A stretch of 64,000 nucleotides of DNA, from assembly GCA_013285655.1 (NCBI GenBank), contig JABDHI010000003.1, positions 1,310 to 65,309 of the forward strand. The letters are read 5' to 3'. Both the position numbers and the translations under genes were made by a program. Positions within the stretch are counted from its first letter, which is position 1; each line of letters begins with the position of its first letter. Positions 29,201-39,430 of the stretch are shown piece after piece. The notes below the pieces were generated by a model. The model was not told the origin of the DNA and did not search any database. It saw only the letters and a program-made list of their open reading frames with translations. Origin of the DNA: Bacteroidota bacterium. GTDB taxonomy: Bacteria > Bacteroidota > Bacteroidia > JABEUT01.

Positions 29201-32200
29201 TAGCCCCGTTGTTTGGGCTATAGTACCATTGAATGTGTAGTTTGCGGCGGGGTCAAAATGGTTTAGTCCTGAGGTTGTAATAGTACCATCAAGGCCTGTC
29301 GTATTTGTTGTTCTAATTGTTGCTCCGCTTTGAAGCGAGAAAACTCCTGATCCGCTAATAACATTTGATCCCGCTGTTAATATCGCTCCTGTTTTCACAG
29401 TAAATGTGCCTGTAACAACAACATTACTTGTTAAAGTAGTACCAAAGGCAATGTTTTGCAGGGTAATGTTACCTGCAGCCGTTAAATAAGCACCTGTATT
29501 CATTGCAGCTGTGCTTTGCAGAAACACATAGTTAGCCGCAGGATTAAGTAAAACGTTTGTAATGGTAAAGCATCCATTGATGCCTGTAGTTTTTGCTATT
29601 TCTAAGGTAGCTCCGGCCAAAAGATTAAAAGTTCCAGTTCCGCTTATTACACGTATTGTGTCATCCAGTGTGGCGCCACTATTTACGGTAAGGCTTGTTG
29701 CATTAATTGCCTTGGCTGCACCCACACGTATAACTCCTGTATTTGCAATAGTAATTCCACCGGTGGCAGTAAAGGGTGTTATCCATTCTACGCCGGTTGT
29801 TCTTGCTAAATATGTGTTGTATTCTAATGACGCGGCGCTTCCATATATTGGTGCGTTGGATACAAAAGCGCTATCTTCCAAAGTTAGAGTGCCATTAACA
29901 GTATCACCAATTGTAGTTTTAAGTCCGTTACGTTCTAAAATAAGGTTGTAGTATTTTGTGCCTCCAACAATCTGATTAGTTCCGTCAAAAATAACAGTAC
30001 TTGTGTTTGAAATGAATTTGCCGCTATTTGAAAAATTACCCCTTACTACCAAGCTATCTGTGCCTGATATGGTTAATGAATCTCCTGAATTTATGGTAAT
30101 GTTATTACAATATGCAATTGTGTCATTGCCAATTACTGGTTGATAAGGTGGGGTAGATGAAATAGCAACATTAGTAGTAGAATCGGGAACGGTGCCGTAC
30201 GACCAGTTGCTGGGATTATTCCAGTCCGTACTCACAACACCTATCCAAGAATTTACAATGGCCGCCACATTTAAAATGCCTGTAGAAACAGGTGCAAAAT
30301 AGGTGGAGTTAATATTTGTAGCAGCAGACCCTGTTCCGCCGTATGAGCCCGGATTTTGTCCGGTAGTTCCATAAGTTAATGTATAAGCATAAGAGTTGCC
30401 GCTTCCAAGGTCGACTATAGCTGGATTAGTAATTGATAAATTTCCCTTTATACTATCAATCCCTGCAAATGTTTTAGTCCCAGTACCAGAAGCCGTTAAG
30501 CCGTAGAAATTAAAGGCAGGTATCGTTTGGGGGGACGTTCCATTAAAGTTTACTGTGCTCCCGTTTGTTGAATAAGTATTAGTGCCCGGGGTAAAAGTTC
30601 CAGCTATACCAATGTTATGGTTGGTACCCAATGTAATAGCAGCGGTTCCGCTAACGGTAAGGTTGTAATAATTAAATGCAGGGATGGTAAGAGTGGTGGT
30701 TCCATTAAATATTACGGTATTACCTGTTGCTTTTGCATCTATTGTATCAATAGTGGGTGTTGTGTCTATAGTAATTGTTGCTCCTGAAGCATTTAACAGG
30801 CCACCTGTTCCTGCTAAGGCAGAGGTTACGGTAAGTGTACCTGTGTTTTTTAATGAAATGCCAGTAACGGTTACTTTAGGCATTGAGAAATTTCCGGTTA
30901 AGGTTTGAGCATTGGTATTGAATGTTTGTACACCTGTACCGCCGACGGTAAAAGTACCATTGTTCGTAATACCTCCTCTAAATGTACTTGCCCTGCCTAC
31001 CGTATTATTCCATGTTGCACCACTGTTTATAGTTACCAATCCAATAAAGATCCTTGTTGTTCCTAAGGTTGAAATAAAATTGAAGCTACCGCTTAAGCCT
31101 GCACCAACTGTGGTTGTTCCATCAACAGTAAGGTCGTAATTGTTGTATACATTACTATTGTCAGCAATAGATAGGCTCCCTGTAATAACTGTAGCTTTGG
31201 TTTTTGATGCACCTGCAAGTATGGTGTCATTCCCGGGGCCTGAAAAAGTAACATTTCCATAAGTACCCGCCGCTAAATTTTGGTTAGTGCCATAAAATTG
31301 GATTGTACTGCCGCTACAGGAGAATGATGAGAATGTGGGTAGAGAATCATTACTTCCGCCGATTTTTAACGTGGTACCTATTCCCAGGAATAATTTTGCC
31401 GGGGTTACGGTAGTCATTTGGTAGATAGATAAATCAAGTGTTCCTGTTGAAATACTTAGGCCGGCTGTTGTAGCACCATTAATATTAATTGCAGAACCAG
31501 CAGTTACACCGGCGGAATTGTTAATTATTAGACTTCTGAAATTACATGTGCCACTTATAGTTTGTGCGCTTGTACCATTCATGGTAAGATTTAAATAGGA
31601 AGCGTTTGTTATAGCTCCCTGGAAAGAGTAATTGCCCGCGACGCTCATATTGCAACTTGAAACCACTTGTAATTCACCATATGCCGACGAGGAACAGGTT
31701 AAATTTCCTCCTATAGTTACAGTTGAAGTGTTGATTAGCCATTGGAGTACTGCCGAAGTAGCAATACTCCCCGAATTAAAAGTGAAATTCCCAGTACAAT
31801 TTAATGTACCTCCATTAATAGTAATTAAATTTTTTCGAGTGGCAAGTGTCCCACCATTAATTATAATGCTTCCAGCATTTAAAGTTCCTGTTCCAATTGC
31901 AAATGTTTTTGTAACTGCAGAGGTTTGAGCATTAAATGTAACTGCGCCGCTTACAGTTAAAACATCTCCGGCACCTATGGTAAATGTTGTTGCCGTCGCA
32001 GTTGTGTTTAAAGTGAGGCTTGCGCATGCGTCGGTAGTAGTATTTACCGAAACGTTTGCTCCTGAAGCAATGATTACATTATCGCCAGCGGCTGGGACTA
32101 CCCCAGTCGCCCATGTAGTAGTACTTTCCCAAGGACCTCCTGTCGCTGTAGATGTAATAGTTGCAGCATTCGAGATAATAATTGTACACAAAAATATTGC

Positions 32201-32251
32201 CAACGTAGCAATACACTTCTGTATCGTATTAGATTTTGTATTTGATGTCAT
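26213..32251 (-). CDS. 2012-aa secreted giant adhesin. It has about 1100 aa of parallel beta-helix-like Gly/Thr/Asn repeats, about 14 tandem 49-aa two-cysteine repeats and a T9SS type-A C-terminal sorting domain (26213..26455).
   Basis: Signal peptide. Beta-helix-style repeats of the form TxNGGTLxxxGNxT. The repeat unit is TTGDTTASACSSFKWYGNVYTSSGTPTQILTNKAGCDSTLTLHLTINNP, present about 14 times. The C-terminus ELYPNPANNELNLVF...IKIIDLSGKEI...LPQGFYFVRVLLNN fits the Por secretion (type-A) sorting domain. Confidence 0.85.
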   Translation of the reverse strand: MTSNTKSNTIQKCIATLAIFLCTIIISNAATITSTATGGPWESTTTWATGVVPAAGDNVIIASGANVSVNTTTDACASLTLNTTATATTFTIGAGDVLTVSGAVTFNAQTSAVTKTFAIGTGTLNAGSIIINGGTLATRKNLITINGGTLNCTGNFTFNSGSIATSAVLQWLINTSTVTIGGNLTCSSSAYGELQVVSSCNMSVAGNYSFQGAITNASYLNLTMNGTSAQTISGTCNFRSLIINNSAGVTAGSAININGATTAGLSISTGTLDLSIYQMTTVTPAKLFLGIGTTLKIGGSNDSLPTFSSFSCSGSTIQFYGTNQNLAAGTYGNVTFSGPGNDTILAGASKTKATVITGSLSIADNSNVYNNYDLTVDGTTTVGAGLSGSFNFISTLGTTRIFIGLVTINSGATWNNTVGRASTFRGGITNNGTFTVGGTGVQTFNTNAQTLTGNFSMPKVTVTGISLKNTGTLTVTSALAGTGGLLNASGATITIDTTPTIDTIDAKATGNTVIFNGTTTLTIPAFNYYNLTVSGTAAITLGTNHNIGIAGTFTPGTNTYSTNGSTVNFNGTSPQTIPAFNFYGLTASGTGTKTFAGIDSIKGNLSITNPAIVDLGSGNSYAYTLTYGTTGQNPGSYGGTGSAATNINSTYFAPVSTGILNVAAIVNSWIGVVSTDWNNPSNWSYGTVPDSTTNVAISSTPPYQPVIGNDTIAYCNNITINSGDSLTISGTDSLVVRGNFSNSGKFISNTSTVIFDGTNQIVGGTKYYNLILERNGLKTTIGDTVNGTLTLEDSAFVSNAPIYGSAASLEYNTYLARTTGVEWITPFTATGGITIANTGVIRVGAAKAINATSLTVNSGATLDDTIRVISGTGTFNLLAGATLEIAKTTGINGCFTITNVLLNPAANYVFLQSTAAMNTGAYLTAAGNITLQNIAFGTTLTSNVVVTGTFTVKTGAILTAGSNVISGSGVFSLQSGATIRTTNTTGLDGTITTSGLNHFDPAANYTFNGTIAQTTGLTMPSTINNLNINNVAGVTLSNPTTVDGILTLTNGLLTTTTTNLLTVNDTLTTSVVAPSSTSYVNGPMNWNLSSGTAYTYPIGNGTSYYPFTITPTGTLPQVQAQAFNSNCGGTPDNITVHSLSNTEYWYADVASGSLTGAIVGLTRPSAISPLNVIATSATVNGTYSTLHGTPTINSINNSDNTVSLGYFVMGGCSNTGDTTAVACSSFKWYGTVYSSSGTPTQILTNKAGCDSTLTLHLTINNPTTGDTTASACSSFKWYGNVYTSSGTPTQILTNKAGCDSTLTLHLTINNPTTGDTTASACSSFTWYGTTYTSSATPTHMFTDKEGCDSTLTLHLTINNPTTGDTTASACSSFKWYGNIYTSSGTPTQVLIDKEGCDSTLTLHLTINNPTTGDTTASACSSFKWYGNIYTSSGTPTQVLIDKEGCDSTLTLHLTINNPTKGDTTASACSSFKWYGNIYTSSGTPTQALIDKEGCDSTLTLHLTINNPTKGDTTASACSSFKWYGNIYTSSGTPTQALIDKEGCDSTLTLHLTINNPTTGDTTASACSSFKWYGNVYTSSGTPAEILTNKAGCDSTLTLHLTINNPTTGDTTASACSSFKWYGNVYTSSGTPAEILTNKAGCDSTLTLHLTINTPTTGDTTASACNSFKWYGNIYTSSGTPTQLLTDKEGCDSTLTLHLTINTPTTGDTTASACGSFKWYGNVYTSSGTPTEILTNKAGCDSTLTLHLTINTPTTGDTTASACGSFKWYGNVYTSSGTPTEILTNKTGCDSTLTLHLTIHNPTTGDTTASACNSFKWYGNIYTSSGTPTQLLTDKEGCDSTLTLNLTITPTPTVTITGTSNINIGSRDTLTAKGATTYSWSSGSLYDTTIVSPLISMTYTVTGTTNGCSGVATFSVTVVPTGINSIMENTNTELYPNPANNELNLVFNVQSLQSDNSAEIKIIDLSGKEIMTQKALVTNGKTITLNIQSLPQGFYFVRVLLNNNEQVVSFIKQ
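26700..28640. repeat. About 14 tandem near-identical coding repeats of about 147 bp (49 aa) within the giant adhesin gene
   Basis: The DNA unit ...gtaagtgtgctgtcacaaccttctttatcaattaat...ccatttaaaactgctgcatgctgaagc... repeats head-to-tail with only sparse substitutions. Confidence 0.8.
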
Positions 32252-32320
32252 ATCAATTGTTTGTGAATTGCAATTTTAAAATGAAATAATAAGTTTTATT
32301 TGTCAAGGTTAAGGAGTTTG

Positions 32321-32353
32321 CAAAAATAAGAAATGACGTATTCCTTTAGCAAA
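32321..32353 (-). promoter_or_regulatory. Candidate Bacteroidota sigma-A promoter for the giant adhesin gene
   Basis: On the minus strand there is a -7 box TATTTTTG (reverse complement of 32321..32328) and a TTTG (reverse complement of 32350..32353) 21 bp upstream of it. The promoter lies about 60 nt upstream of the start codon at 32251. Confidence 0.4.
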
Positions 32354-32573
32354 TACATTATATTTTAATGGGTCTGATTCTCATTATGTTGTGTTTTGCT
32401 AGCATATATATGTAAGGAAACATCATATTACCAAGTCGTTTTTGTTGTAATAACGAACTAGTAGCGTTAAGCCAATGATTTTTTTATAACATGAATTTGG
32501 GCGAGAACGAGTTTCCACCCTGTGCGAAAAATTAAAAAGCCCCTGATTTCTCAAGAGCTTTTTATCGTTTTAG

Positions 32574-32645
32574 TAGCGGGGGCTGGATTCGAACCAACGA
32601 CTTTTGGGTTATGAGCCCAACGAGCTACCTCTGCTCTACCCCGCA
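32574..32645 (-). tRNA. tRNA-Met (anticodon CAT), initiator-like
   Basis: The reverse complement GCGGGGTAGAGCAGAGGTAGCTCGTTGGGCTCATAACCCAAAAGTCGTTGGTTCGAATCCAGCCCCCGCTA folds as a cloverleaf. The anticodon stem TTGGG/CCCAA places three G-C pairs next to a CTCATAA loop. The T-arm is GTTGG-TTCGAAT-CCAGC. The 1:72 position is unpaired or weak, as in initiator tRNAs. CCA is not encoded. Confidence 0.8.
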
Positions 32646-32902
32646 ATATAAGTGCAAATATACACTATTTTTATACGGCAGGGGGCAATTGGTTCAGAGT
32701 TATGAACAGATATGAACAAAATGGGCATAATTCAGACTTAGCCATCTTGATATTTGGTAAGTTAAACCATGTTTAGGTATTGTTTCATCCGTCAAACTAG
32801 GGCGAGTGTCTAAAAGCGTAAAAACAGGCTGAAAAACGAAAGTAATGGGTGATTTGCTGCCATTATCGATGTCTTTAATCATTACAGGCAATAACTATAC
32901 AC

Positions 32903-32910
32903 TATCTTTG
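32903..32910 (+). promoter_or_regulatory. candidate -7 box TATCTTTG upstream of era
   Basis: Matches TAnnTTTG, 27 bp upstream of the era ATG. Confidence 0.35.
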
Positions 32911-32936
32911 CAGCTTAAAGTTATTTAGGAAGTATA

Positions 32937-33818
32937 ATGAAGAATGCAGAAAAGTCAGGATGGGTAAGTGTTATAGGTAGCCCAAACGTAGGTAAATCAA
33001 CCCTGGTTAACGCCTTGGTTGGCGAAAAGCTATCTATTGTTACCCATAAACCCCAAACAACCCGTAAGCGCATTACTGCCATTGCCAATGGGCCCGACTT
33101 TCAAATGGTGTTCTCCGATACTCCAGGTGTGTTAAAGCCGCATTACAAAATGCAAGAGGCCATGATGCAAAAGGTAGGTGAGGCCATGGAAGACGCTGAC
33201 ATAATTATGGCGATGACCGATGTTGAGGAAAATGGCTTTAATGAAGAATTGGTAAAACGACTTCAACATGTTAAGGTTCCTATAATTGCTGTTTTAAATA
33301 AAGTTGATTTAAAAAAGCCTGAAGAAACTGCTGCCAAGATTGAACTAATAAAGACTCAATTGAAAAGCAGAGAGTTGATAATGGTGTCGGCACTTCACGA
33401 TTTTAATGTCAAAGAACTAAAGAAGATATTGGTAAGTATGTTACCTGAAGGTGAACCGTTCTTTCCTAAAGACCAGATGTCGGACTTACCTGAACGTTTT
33501 TTCGCCGCAGAAATAATCCGCGAAAAGATTTTAATGTATTACCAAAAAGAGGTTCCGTATTCGGTTGAGGTTATTGTAGAAGAGTTCAGGGAAGAGGAAA
33601 AGATTACCTTTATACGCGCAGTTATTTATGTTAACCGACATACACAAAAGGGTATAATTATTGGCCACAAGGGTGATGCACTTAAGCGAACAGCTACTGC
33701 AGCCCGCAAGGATATGGAGAAATGGCTGAATGCTAAAGTGTTTTTAGAAGTGCAGGTTAAAGTAAAGAAGGATTGGCGCGATAGTGAAAGTCACTTAAAG
33801 AATTTTGGATATATGTAA
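32937..33818 (+). CDS. era: GTPase Era
   Basis: [23 protein letters not shown]...DTPG. A C-terminal KH domain is present. 293 aa. Confidence 0.9.
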   Translation: MKNAEKSGWVSVIGSPNVGKSTLVNALVGEKLSIVTHKPQTTRKRITAIANGPDFQMVFSDTPGVLKPHYKMQEAMMQKVGEAMEDADIIMAMTDVEENGFNEELVKRLQHVKVPIIAVLNKVDLKKPEETAAKIELIKTQLKSRELIMVSALHDFNVKELKKILVSMLPEGEPFFPKDQMSDLPERFFAAEIIREKILMYYQKEVPYSVEVIVEEFREEEKITFIRAVIYVNRHTQKGIIIGHKGDALKRTATAARKDMEKWLNAKVFLEVQVKVKKDWRDSESHLKNFGYM

Positions 33819-33910
33819 TATCGGTTTGGTAATTTGATGGTGTGCCAAATTGATGATCAATGGCATTTCATTTTCAAATTTTCAAATAAACGAATTATCA
33901 AATTAGTAAT

Positions 33911-35227
33911 ATGGCAAGAGTTGTAGCAATAGTAGGAAGGCCTAACGTAGGTAAATCGACATTATTTAACCGTTTAACCGGCACCCGTTCGGCTATTGAA
34001 GAGCAGACGGCAGGTGTAACCCGCGACAGACATTATGGACGTGTAGAGTGGAATGGCCAATGGTTTACATTGGTTGATACCGGTGGGTACGTGCATGGCA
34101 GTGAAGATATTTTTGAAGGTGAAATACGTAAGCAGGTACAGTTTGCTATTGATGAAGCTAACCTGATTTTGTTTTTGGTTGATATTGAAGAAGGCCTTAC
34201 GCCGTTTGACGAAACCGTTGCTGATATGTTGCGCCGTAACCAAAGTAAAGACCGCAAGGTTATTATAGTTGCCAATAAGGCCGATAATCACGAACGTGCC
34301 TCCCAGTCTGCTGAATTTTACTCATTGGGTATTGGAGATCTGCATGCTGTTTCTGCTATTAGTGGCGCGGGTACCGGAGATCTTTTAGATGATGTTTTAA
34401 AGAACCTTGGTGAACTGCAAGATGAACACTACGATGAAAGTTTGCCGCGCATTGCCGTTGTAGGAAGGCCTAACGTAGGTAAGTCTTCACTGATAAATAC
34501 ATTGCTGGAAGAAAACCGCCAGATAGTTACTGAAATAGCAGGTACAACCCGCGATTCTATTGACATGCGTTATACCCGATTCGGGCACGATATGTTGCTG
34601 GTAGATACTGCCGGGCTTCGTAAAAAATCGAAGGTGCATGAAGATATCGAGTTTTATTCGGTGATGCGTACGGTTAATGCTATTGAGCGTTGCGATGTAG
34701 TGTTGATTTTAATTGATGCCACACAGGGCTGGGAGCAGCAGGACATGAGCATTTTTTCGTTAGCAGTAGATAATCACAAAGGCGTAGTTATTGTAGTTAA
34801 CAAGTGGGACTTAATGGATAAGGAAACCAACTCGGTTGATTATTATACCGAGGAGATCCGTAATAAGCTGGCTCCTTTCCGCGATGTGCCTATTATATTT
34901 ACCTCGGTACACGAAAAGCAAAGACTCATTAAAGTGCTTGATACTGCGATGAAAGTGTATAACAACCGTAAGCAACATATCAGTACACACAAGTTGAATG
35001 AAGCCATGTTGCCTGTTATAGAGCTTAACCCGCCGCCGGCATACAAAGGCAAGTACATACGTATTAAGTACATGACCCAGTTACCTGTTAAGTTCCCTTG
35101 TTTTGTTATGTTCTGTAACCTGCCTCAATACGTACAAGAGCATTACAAGCGTTTCCTCGAGAATAAGTTCCGCGAGATGTTCGACTTTCAGGGTGTGCCC
35201 ATGGAGATCTTCTTCCGGAAGAAGTAG
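33911..35227 (+). CDS. der: ribosome-associated GTPase Der (EngA)
   Basis: Two tandem G domains ([19 protein letters not shown] and [18 protein letters not shown]) plus a C-terminal KH-like domain. Confidence 0.9.
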   Translation: MARVVAIVGRPNVGKSTLFNRLTGTRSAIEEQTAGVTRDRHYGRVEWNGQWFTLVDTGGYVHGSEDIFEGEIRKQVQFAIDEANLILFLVDIEEGLTPFDETVADMLRRNQSKDRKVIIVANKADNHERASQSAEFYSLGIGDLHAVSAISGAGTGDLLDDVLKNLGELQDEHYDESLPRIAVVGRPNVGKSSLINTLLEENRQIVTEIAGTTRDSIDMRYTRFGHDMLLVDTAGLRKKSKVHEDIEFYSVMRTVNAIERCDVVLILIDATQGWEQQDMSIFSLAVDNHKGVVIVVNKWDLMDKETNSVDYYTEEIRNKLAPFRDVPIIFTSVHEKQRLIKVLDTAMKVYNNRKQHISTHKLNEAMLPVIELNPPPAYKGKYIRIKYMTQLPVKFPCFVMFCNLPQYVQEHYKRFLENKFREMFDFQGVPMEIFFRKK

Positions 35228-35335
35228 TTTTTACCGCAAAGGCACTAAGTCGCAAAATTCCCGTCATTGCGAGGAACGAAGCCCGTCCGAACGGCATTTA
35301 AGCCGGGCGGGCATCTATTCCTATTAAATGCAATA

Positions 35336-35415
35336 GAACGCTGATGACACGGATTTATTAAGATTTACACTGATTTTATCTTTTTGATCATAAACAATCT
35401 GCGTTATCTGCGTTC
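35336..35415. repeat. 80-bp hairpin-forming intergenic repeat element, copy A, with inverted termini gaacgcTgatgac...tctgcgttc
   Basis: About 75% identical to copy B at 39431..39511. Both sit just downstream of a plus-strand gene. The termini are reverse complements of each other. Confidence 0.6.
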
Positions 35416-35766
35416 CTTTTATCAGATTCCAAAACCTCTGAACACGGGTTACATTGGGTACTTACTGTTTTTGACTCGAATTCCACGAATTTTATTCATA
35501 ACTCTGAAAATGTCGTTTGGTGTCGTTTTACGTCGTACTGTAAATTTAATTTCATTCCCCAACAAAAAATAAATTATAATATTTCAAAAGAACATTCAAT
35601 CCCTCGCCTTGGGCAAGGATAGGGCAGGGTGAGGTCTGTCCCGCAATGCTGCGGGATGTCGCCATTTATGTTTTTAATTGAATGGCTCCACAAATTTACC
35701 GCTTATATTTACCATACTAAAAGAAAACAAAAAACCAGTTTTAAACAGGTCGAATAACAACCACTC

Positions 35767-36135
35767 ATGCTAAATATTTACAACTATATATTTTACAGGT
35801 TTTATTTTCAATATTGTAAAACAACAAATCGTACTAAGTCATCAAGTGCATATTTTGCTGTTGTTTCTCTGACTTGGGTGGTTTTATTTAATATATTCAC
35901 TATTCTTATTCCTTTTAGGAATAAAATACCAGTGTATCCTGATTGGGCAGCAATTATACCTGTCGTCATTTTGTTGTTGTTAAACAGCTATTGGTTTTTT
36001 AGGAAAGAGAAATATCTTGAAATTGAAAAGAAATACGCTAATGAAAATCCAAAACAGAGAGAAAGAGGAGGTGTTCTTACGGTGATTTATGTTGTATTAT
36101 CTTTTCTTTCTCTTATAATATTGGGTTGTTTATAA
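35767..36135 (+). CDS. hypothetical small membrane protein (3-4 TM)
   Basis: Hydrophobic ORF of 122 aa with no recognisable family. Confidence 0.4.
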   Translation: MLNIYNYIFYRFYFQYCKTTNRTKSSSAYFAVVSLTWVVLFNIFTILIPFRNKIPVYPDWAAIIPVVILLLLNSYWFFRKEKYLEIEKKYANENPKQRERGGVLTVIYVVLSFLSLIILGCL

Positions 36136-36432
36136 AAGTATCTTAACCGAAAGTGCTCTTTTTAATCCTTACTCCTGCAAGTTTAGCGAAGCGTAACTTG
36201 TGGATATAAATAAGCAAGGTTTGTAACCTTGCTCGCAGGCACATTTAAATTATAGCAGTTGCAAACTGCTATAAGTATTCCCACAAGTCACAGACTTGCG
36301 AGAGCAATTGGGCCTTCGATTCTTAATTCCTAATTTTTAATTCTTAATTGATATTTCATTGTTATTATCTTGTTAAAACCTATTGAGTTTGGCTGTTTAC
36401 ACTTTTTGTAAGTTTATAGCCAAATTAGTGTT

Positions 36433-38475
36433 GTGCATACCAATCGCCTTATAAACGAAACAAGCCCTTACCTTTTGCAGCATGCACATAACCCTGTAGA
36501 TTGGTACCCATGGGGAGATGAGGCCTTTGCTAAGGCCAAAGCCGAAGGCAAATTGGTATTAGTAAGTATTGGTTATTCTGCCTGCCACTGGTGCCATGTA
36601 ATGGAGCATGAGTCTTTCGAGGACGAAGACATTGCCGGTATAATGAATGATTATTTTGTTTGCATTAAGGTAGATAGAGAAGAGCGCCCAGATGTTGACC
36701 AGGTGTATATGGATGCAGTGCAGATAATATCGGGTAGGGGTGGCTGGCCTTTGAATTGCTTTACATTACCCGATACCCGGCCCATATATGGTGCTACTTA
36801 TTTTCCGAAGGATAACTGGAAGCAGTTGCTCATTAACCTTCACACCCTTTATATCAACGAAAGGGAGAAGGTATTGGAGTTTGTTACCGATCTTGAAAAA
36901 GGCTTGGTATCGATTGCTAAAATACCTGCGATTGCTACTACCGAAGCAAAGCCCGATTTTAAAGCATTAGAGGAGTTTAGCGGTAAGATGGTCGAGATAT
37001 TCGATATGGCGTATGGAGGATATAACTATTCGCCAAAATTCCCGATGCCGAATAACTACGAGTATTTACTATACTATGCTTATGTATTAAAAAAGAGCGG
37101 TAAAGAAGAACAAGCAAAAAGCATTGATGCACATATAAACCTGACGCTTGAGAAAATGGCGTTGGGTGGTATTTACGATCAGGTTGAAGGTGGTTTTGCC
37201 CGCTATTCTACCGATAGTATTTGGAAAGCCCCTCACTTTGAAAAGATGCTGTACGATAACGGACAATTGATGTCATTATATAGCCATGGGTATATGGTTG
37301 CACCTCAGAAGCTTTATAAAGATGTGGTTTACGGTATTCATAATTTTATTGCAAAGCGTTTAACTTCTGCCGAAAACGGATTCTACTGCGCTTTGGATGC
37401 CGATTCGGAAGGGAAGGAAGGTAAATACTATGTGTGGACAAAAGAAGAACTAGAAGAACTGATTGGTAGCGATTTCTCTTTGTTTGCTCCATATTACAGT
37501 ATCACTAACGAAGATGTGTGGGAAGATGATACTTATATCCTTTTCAGTAAAAAGAATGACGAAGCGTTTTGTGCTGAACAAAACATATCGCTTGCAGAGC
37601 TAGAAGAAAAGAAAGTTAAATGGTTGAAGATACTTGCGGAGAGGAGAAGCAAAAGAATAGCACCAGGACTTGATGATAAAATACTGGCATCGTGGAATGG
37701 GTTGATGCTAAAAGGCTACATAGATGCATTTAAAGCATTAAAGGAACCTGAGTTCCTTACTATGGCAATTAAAAATGCAACCTTCATTTCTCAAAAAATG
37801 ATGCGTAACGATGGCTTGCTCTACCGCAACTATAAAAACGGTAAAGTATCTATCACCGGTTTTTTAGATGATTACGCTTTGGTTGCACAAGCATTTGTAG
37901 CATTGTATGAAGTAACATTTGATGAGACTTGGTTAGCTCTTTCTGAAAAATTGGTACAATATGCCATCGCGCATTTTTACGATAAGGAGAAGTATTTGTT
38001 CTACTATACATCTGACGAGCAACAAGCAGTTGTAGCCCGCAAAGCTGAAACGACAGATAATGTTATTCCTGCTTCTAATTCCGCCATGGCATTAGTACTG
38101 AATGCTCTGGGGCATATAATGGCTAAAGAAGAATATGTGGCTATAGCCGATAAAATGTTGCGTGTAGTTAAAAACAATATGAGTAATTATCCGCAAGGTT
38201 ATACCAATTGGGGAATACTTGCTTTGCACCAATATTGCAACTTTTACGAAGTGGCTATTGCAGGCAGACAGGCGGTAATGTTTCGCGATAAGCTGAATGC
38301 CGTGTATATGCCTAATAAAGTGTTGTTAGGAGCAGAAACAAAATCGAATTTAGAATTGCTAAAGCCGAAACTTGTTGGCGAAAGAACATTAATATACGTT
38401 TGTGAAAATAAAACATGCAAAATGCCCGTTAGCTCAGCGCCTGAGGCAGTAGCACTAATTGAGCGGGTTGTATGA
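36433..38475 (+). CDS. thioredoxin-domain-containing protein of the DUF255/YyaL family
   Basis: The N-terminus [52 protein letters not shown] is the DUF255 thioredoxin-like domain. 680 aa. Confidence 0.85.
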   Translation: MHTNRLINETSPYLLQHAHNPVDWYPWGDEAFAKAKAEGKLVLVSIGYSACHWCHVMEHESFEDEDIAGIMNDYFVCIKVDREERPDVDQVYMDAVQIISGRGGWPLNCFTLPDTRPIYGATYFPKDNWKQLLINLHTLYINEREKVLEFVTDLEKGLVSIAKIPAIATTEAKPDFKALEEFSGKMVEIFDMAYGGYNYSPKFPMPNNYEYLLYYAYVLKKSGKEEQAKSIDAHINLTLEKMALGGIYDQVEGGFARYSTDSIWKAPHFEKMLYDNGQLMSLYSHGYMVAPQKLYKDVVYGIHNFIAKRLTSAENGFYCALDADSEGKEGKYYVWTKEELEELIGSDFSLFAPYYSITNEDVWEDDTYILFSKKNDEAFCAEQNISLAELEEKKVKWLKILAERRSKRIAPGLDDKILASWNGLMLKGYIDAFKALKEPEFLTMAIKNATFISQKMMRNDGLLYRNYKNGKVSITGFLDDYALVAQAFVALYEVTFDETWLALSEKLVQYAIAHFYDKEKYLFYYTSDEQQAVVARKAETTDNVIPASNSAMALVLNALGHIMAKEEYVAIADKMLRVVKNNMSNYPQGYTNWGILALHQYCNFYEVAIAGRQAVMFRDKLNAVYMPNKVLLGAETKSNLELLKPKLVGERTLIYVCENKTCKMPVSSAPEAVALIERVV

Positions 38476-39422
38476 AGTTAAGGTTAAGAAAGAGAATATT
38501 GGAAGGTCTTCGACGGGCTCAGACTGACATTGTTTTATTGGTTGCATTTACTTTTATTGCTTCTTCAAGTGCATTTGCACAATTAGCAATTTTTCAAGAT
38601 GAGGATGATGTTATAACTCCTACGTTCCGATATGATGTTATTAAGCAAAACAAGATCAGTTCAATAACCATTGCATTTGAATACAAACCAGATGGAGCAG
38701 GCATCATTAATGACGGTAATGTTAAGTACTATCGTTTTGATAGTCTCTATCGCCTGGCCGAATCATACTTCACCGTTCGCGAAAGCCGCGATAGCTGGGA
38801 TACTGTCCGCTCGCTTTATTATTACGATAAACAAGGGCACTTAATTATTAAGCGTACCGATGAGGGTAACTTTTTCGATACCTGGTATTATCGTTGGTAT
38901 GATGATGGTTCTATGAAACGCCGCGCCCATGTGCATGAAGTACCTGCGGCATCATCCAGCCTCACTGATTTCAGAATCGGCTCACAAACCATACTGTCCG
39001 CCGATAGTTTTGCTTATACACCATACCCTAAGCAATTGCAGCGTTTCGGCTATAACGAGGAACATAAAATATACGAACGCACCATTTCTTATTTTGATGA
39101 TAAGCACCGCCTCACCAGTCGCAACTTCCATTATGAGGTTGGCTGGCTTTATTCGCAAGTCGATGTAAAGTATGATGACAAGAACAGGATCAGCGATTAT
39201 ACATTTACAGGTAACCTGAATGGCGACACTTACCGCACCACATCTATTACTTACGATGCTAACGGTGGAATTGCTTCAGAAAAATTATTTGATAAGTTTA
39301 AACAAACCGACAATATTGAATTTATGTACGATAAGGATTCCGGCCTAATTACAAATCAACTCGATAGAGATTTCGTAAAGCTTACCATCAATATTTCCCG
39401 CTTTAGTTATGAGTACAGGTAA
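38472..39422 (+). CDS. secreted YD-repeat-containing hypothetical protein
   Basis: Signal peptide. YD-type motifs recur ([40 protein letters not shown]). It overlaps the upstream gene by 4 bp. Confidence 0.45.
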   Translation: MKLRLRKRILEGLRRAQTDIVLLVAFTFIASSSAFAQLAIFQDEDDVITPTFRYDVIKQNKISSITIAFEYKPDGAGIINDGNVKYYRFDSLYRLAESYFTVRESRDSWDTVRSLYYYDKQGHLIIKRTDEGNFFDTWYYRWYDDGSMKRRAHVHEVPAASSSLTDFRIGSQTILSADSFAYTPYPKQLQRFGYNEEHKIYERTISYFDDKHRLTSRNFHYEVGWLYSQVDVKYDDKNRISDYTFTGNLNGDTYRTTSITYDANGGIASEKLFDKFKQTDNIEFMYDKDSGLITNQLDRDFVKLTINISRFSYEYR

Positions 39423-39430
39423 TGCAAGTG

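Noticed and set aside
35384-35572. 62-aa ORF downstream of der
   Set aside because: It lies across the 80-bp hairpin repeat element. Its low-complexity basic translation has no homologue-like features.
35590-35665. GC-rich hairpins (cccgca-atgc-tgcggg and others) between der and the small membrane protein gene
   Set aside because: No adjacent T-run and no clear -7 box. Recorded only as possible weak terminator or UTR structure; not enough to call.
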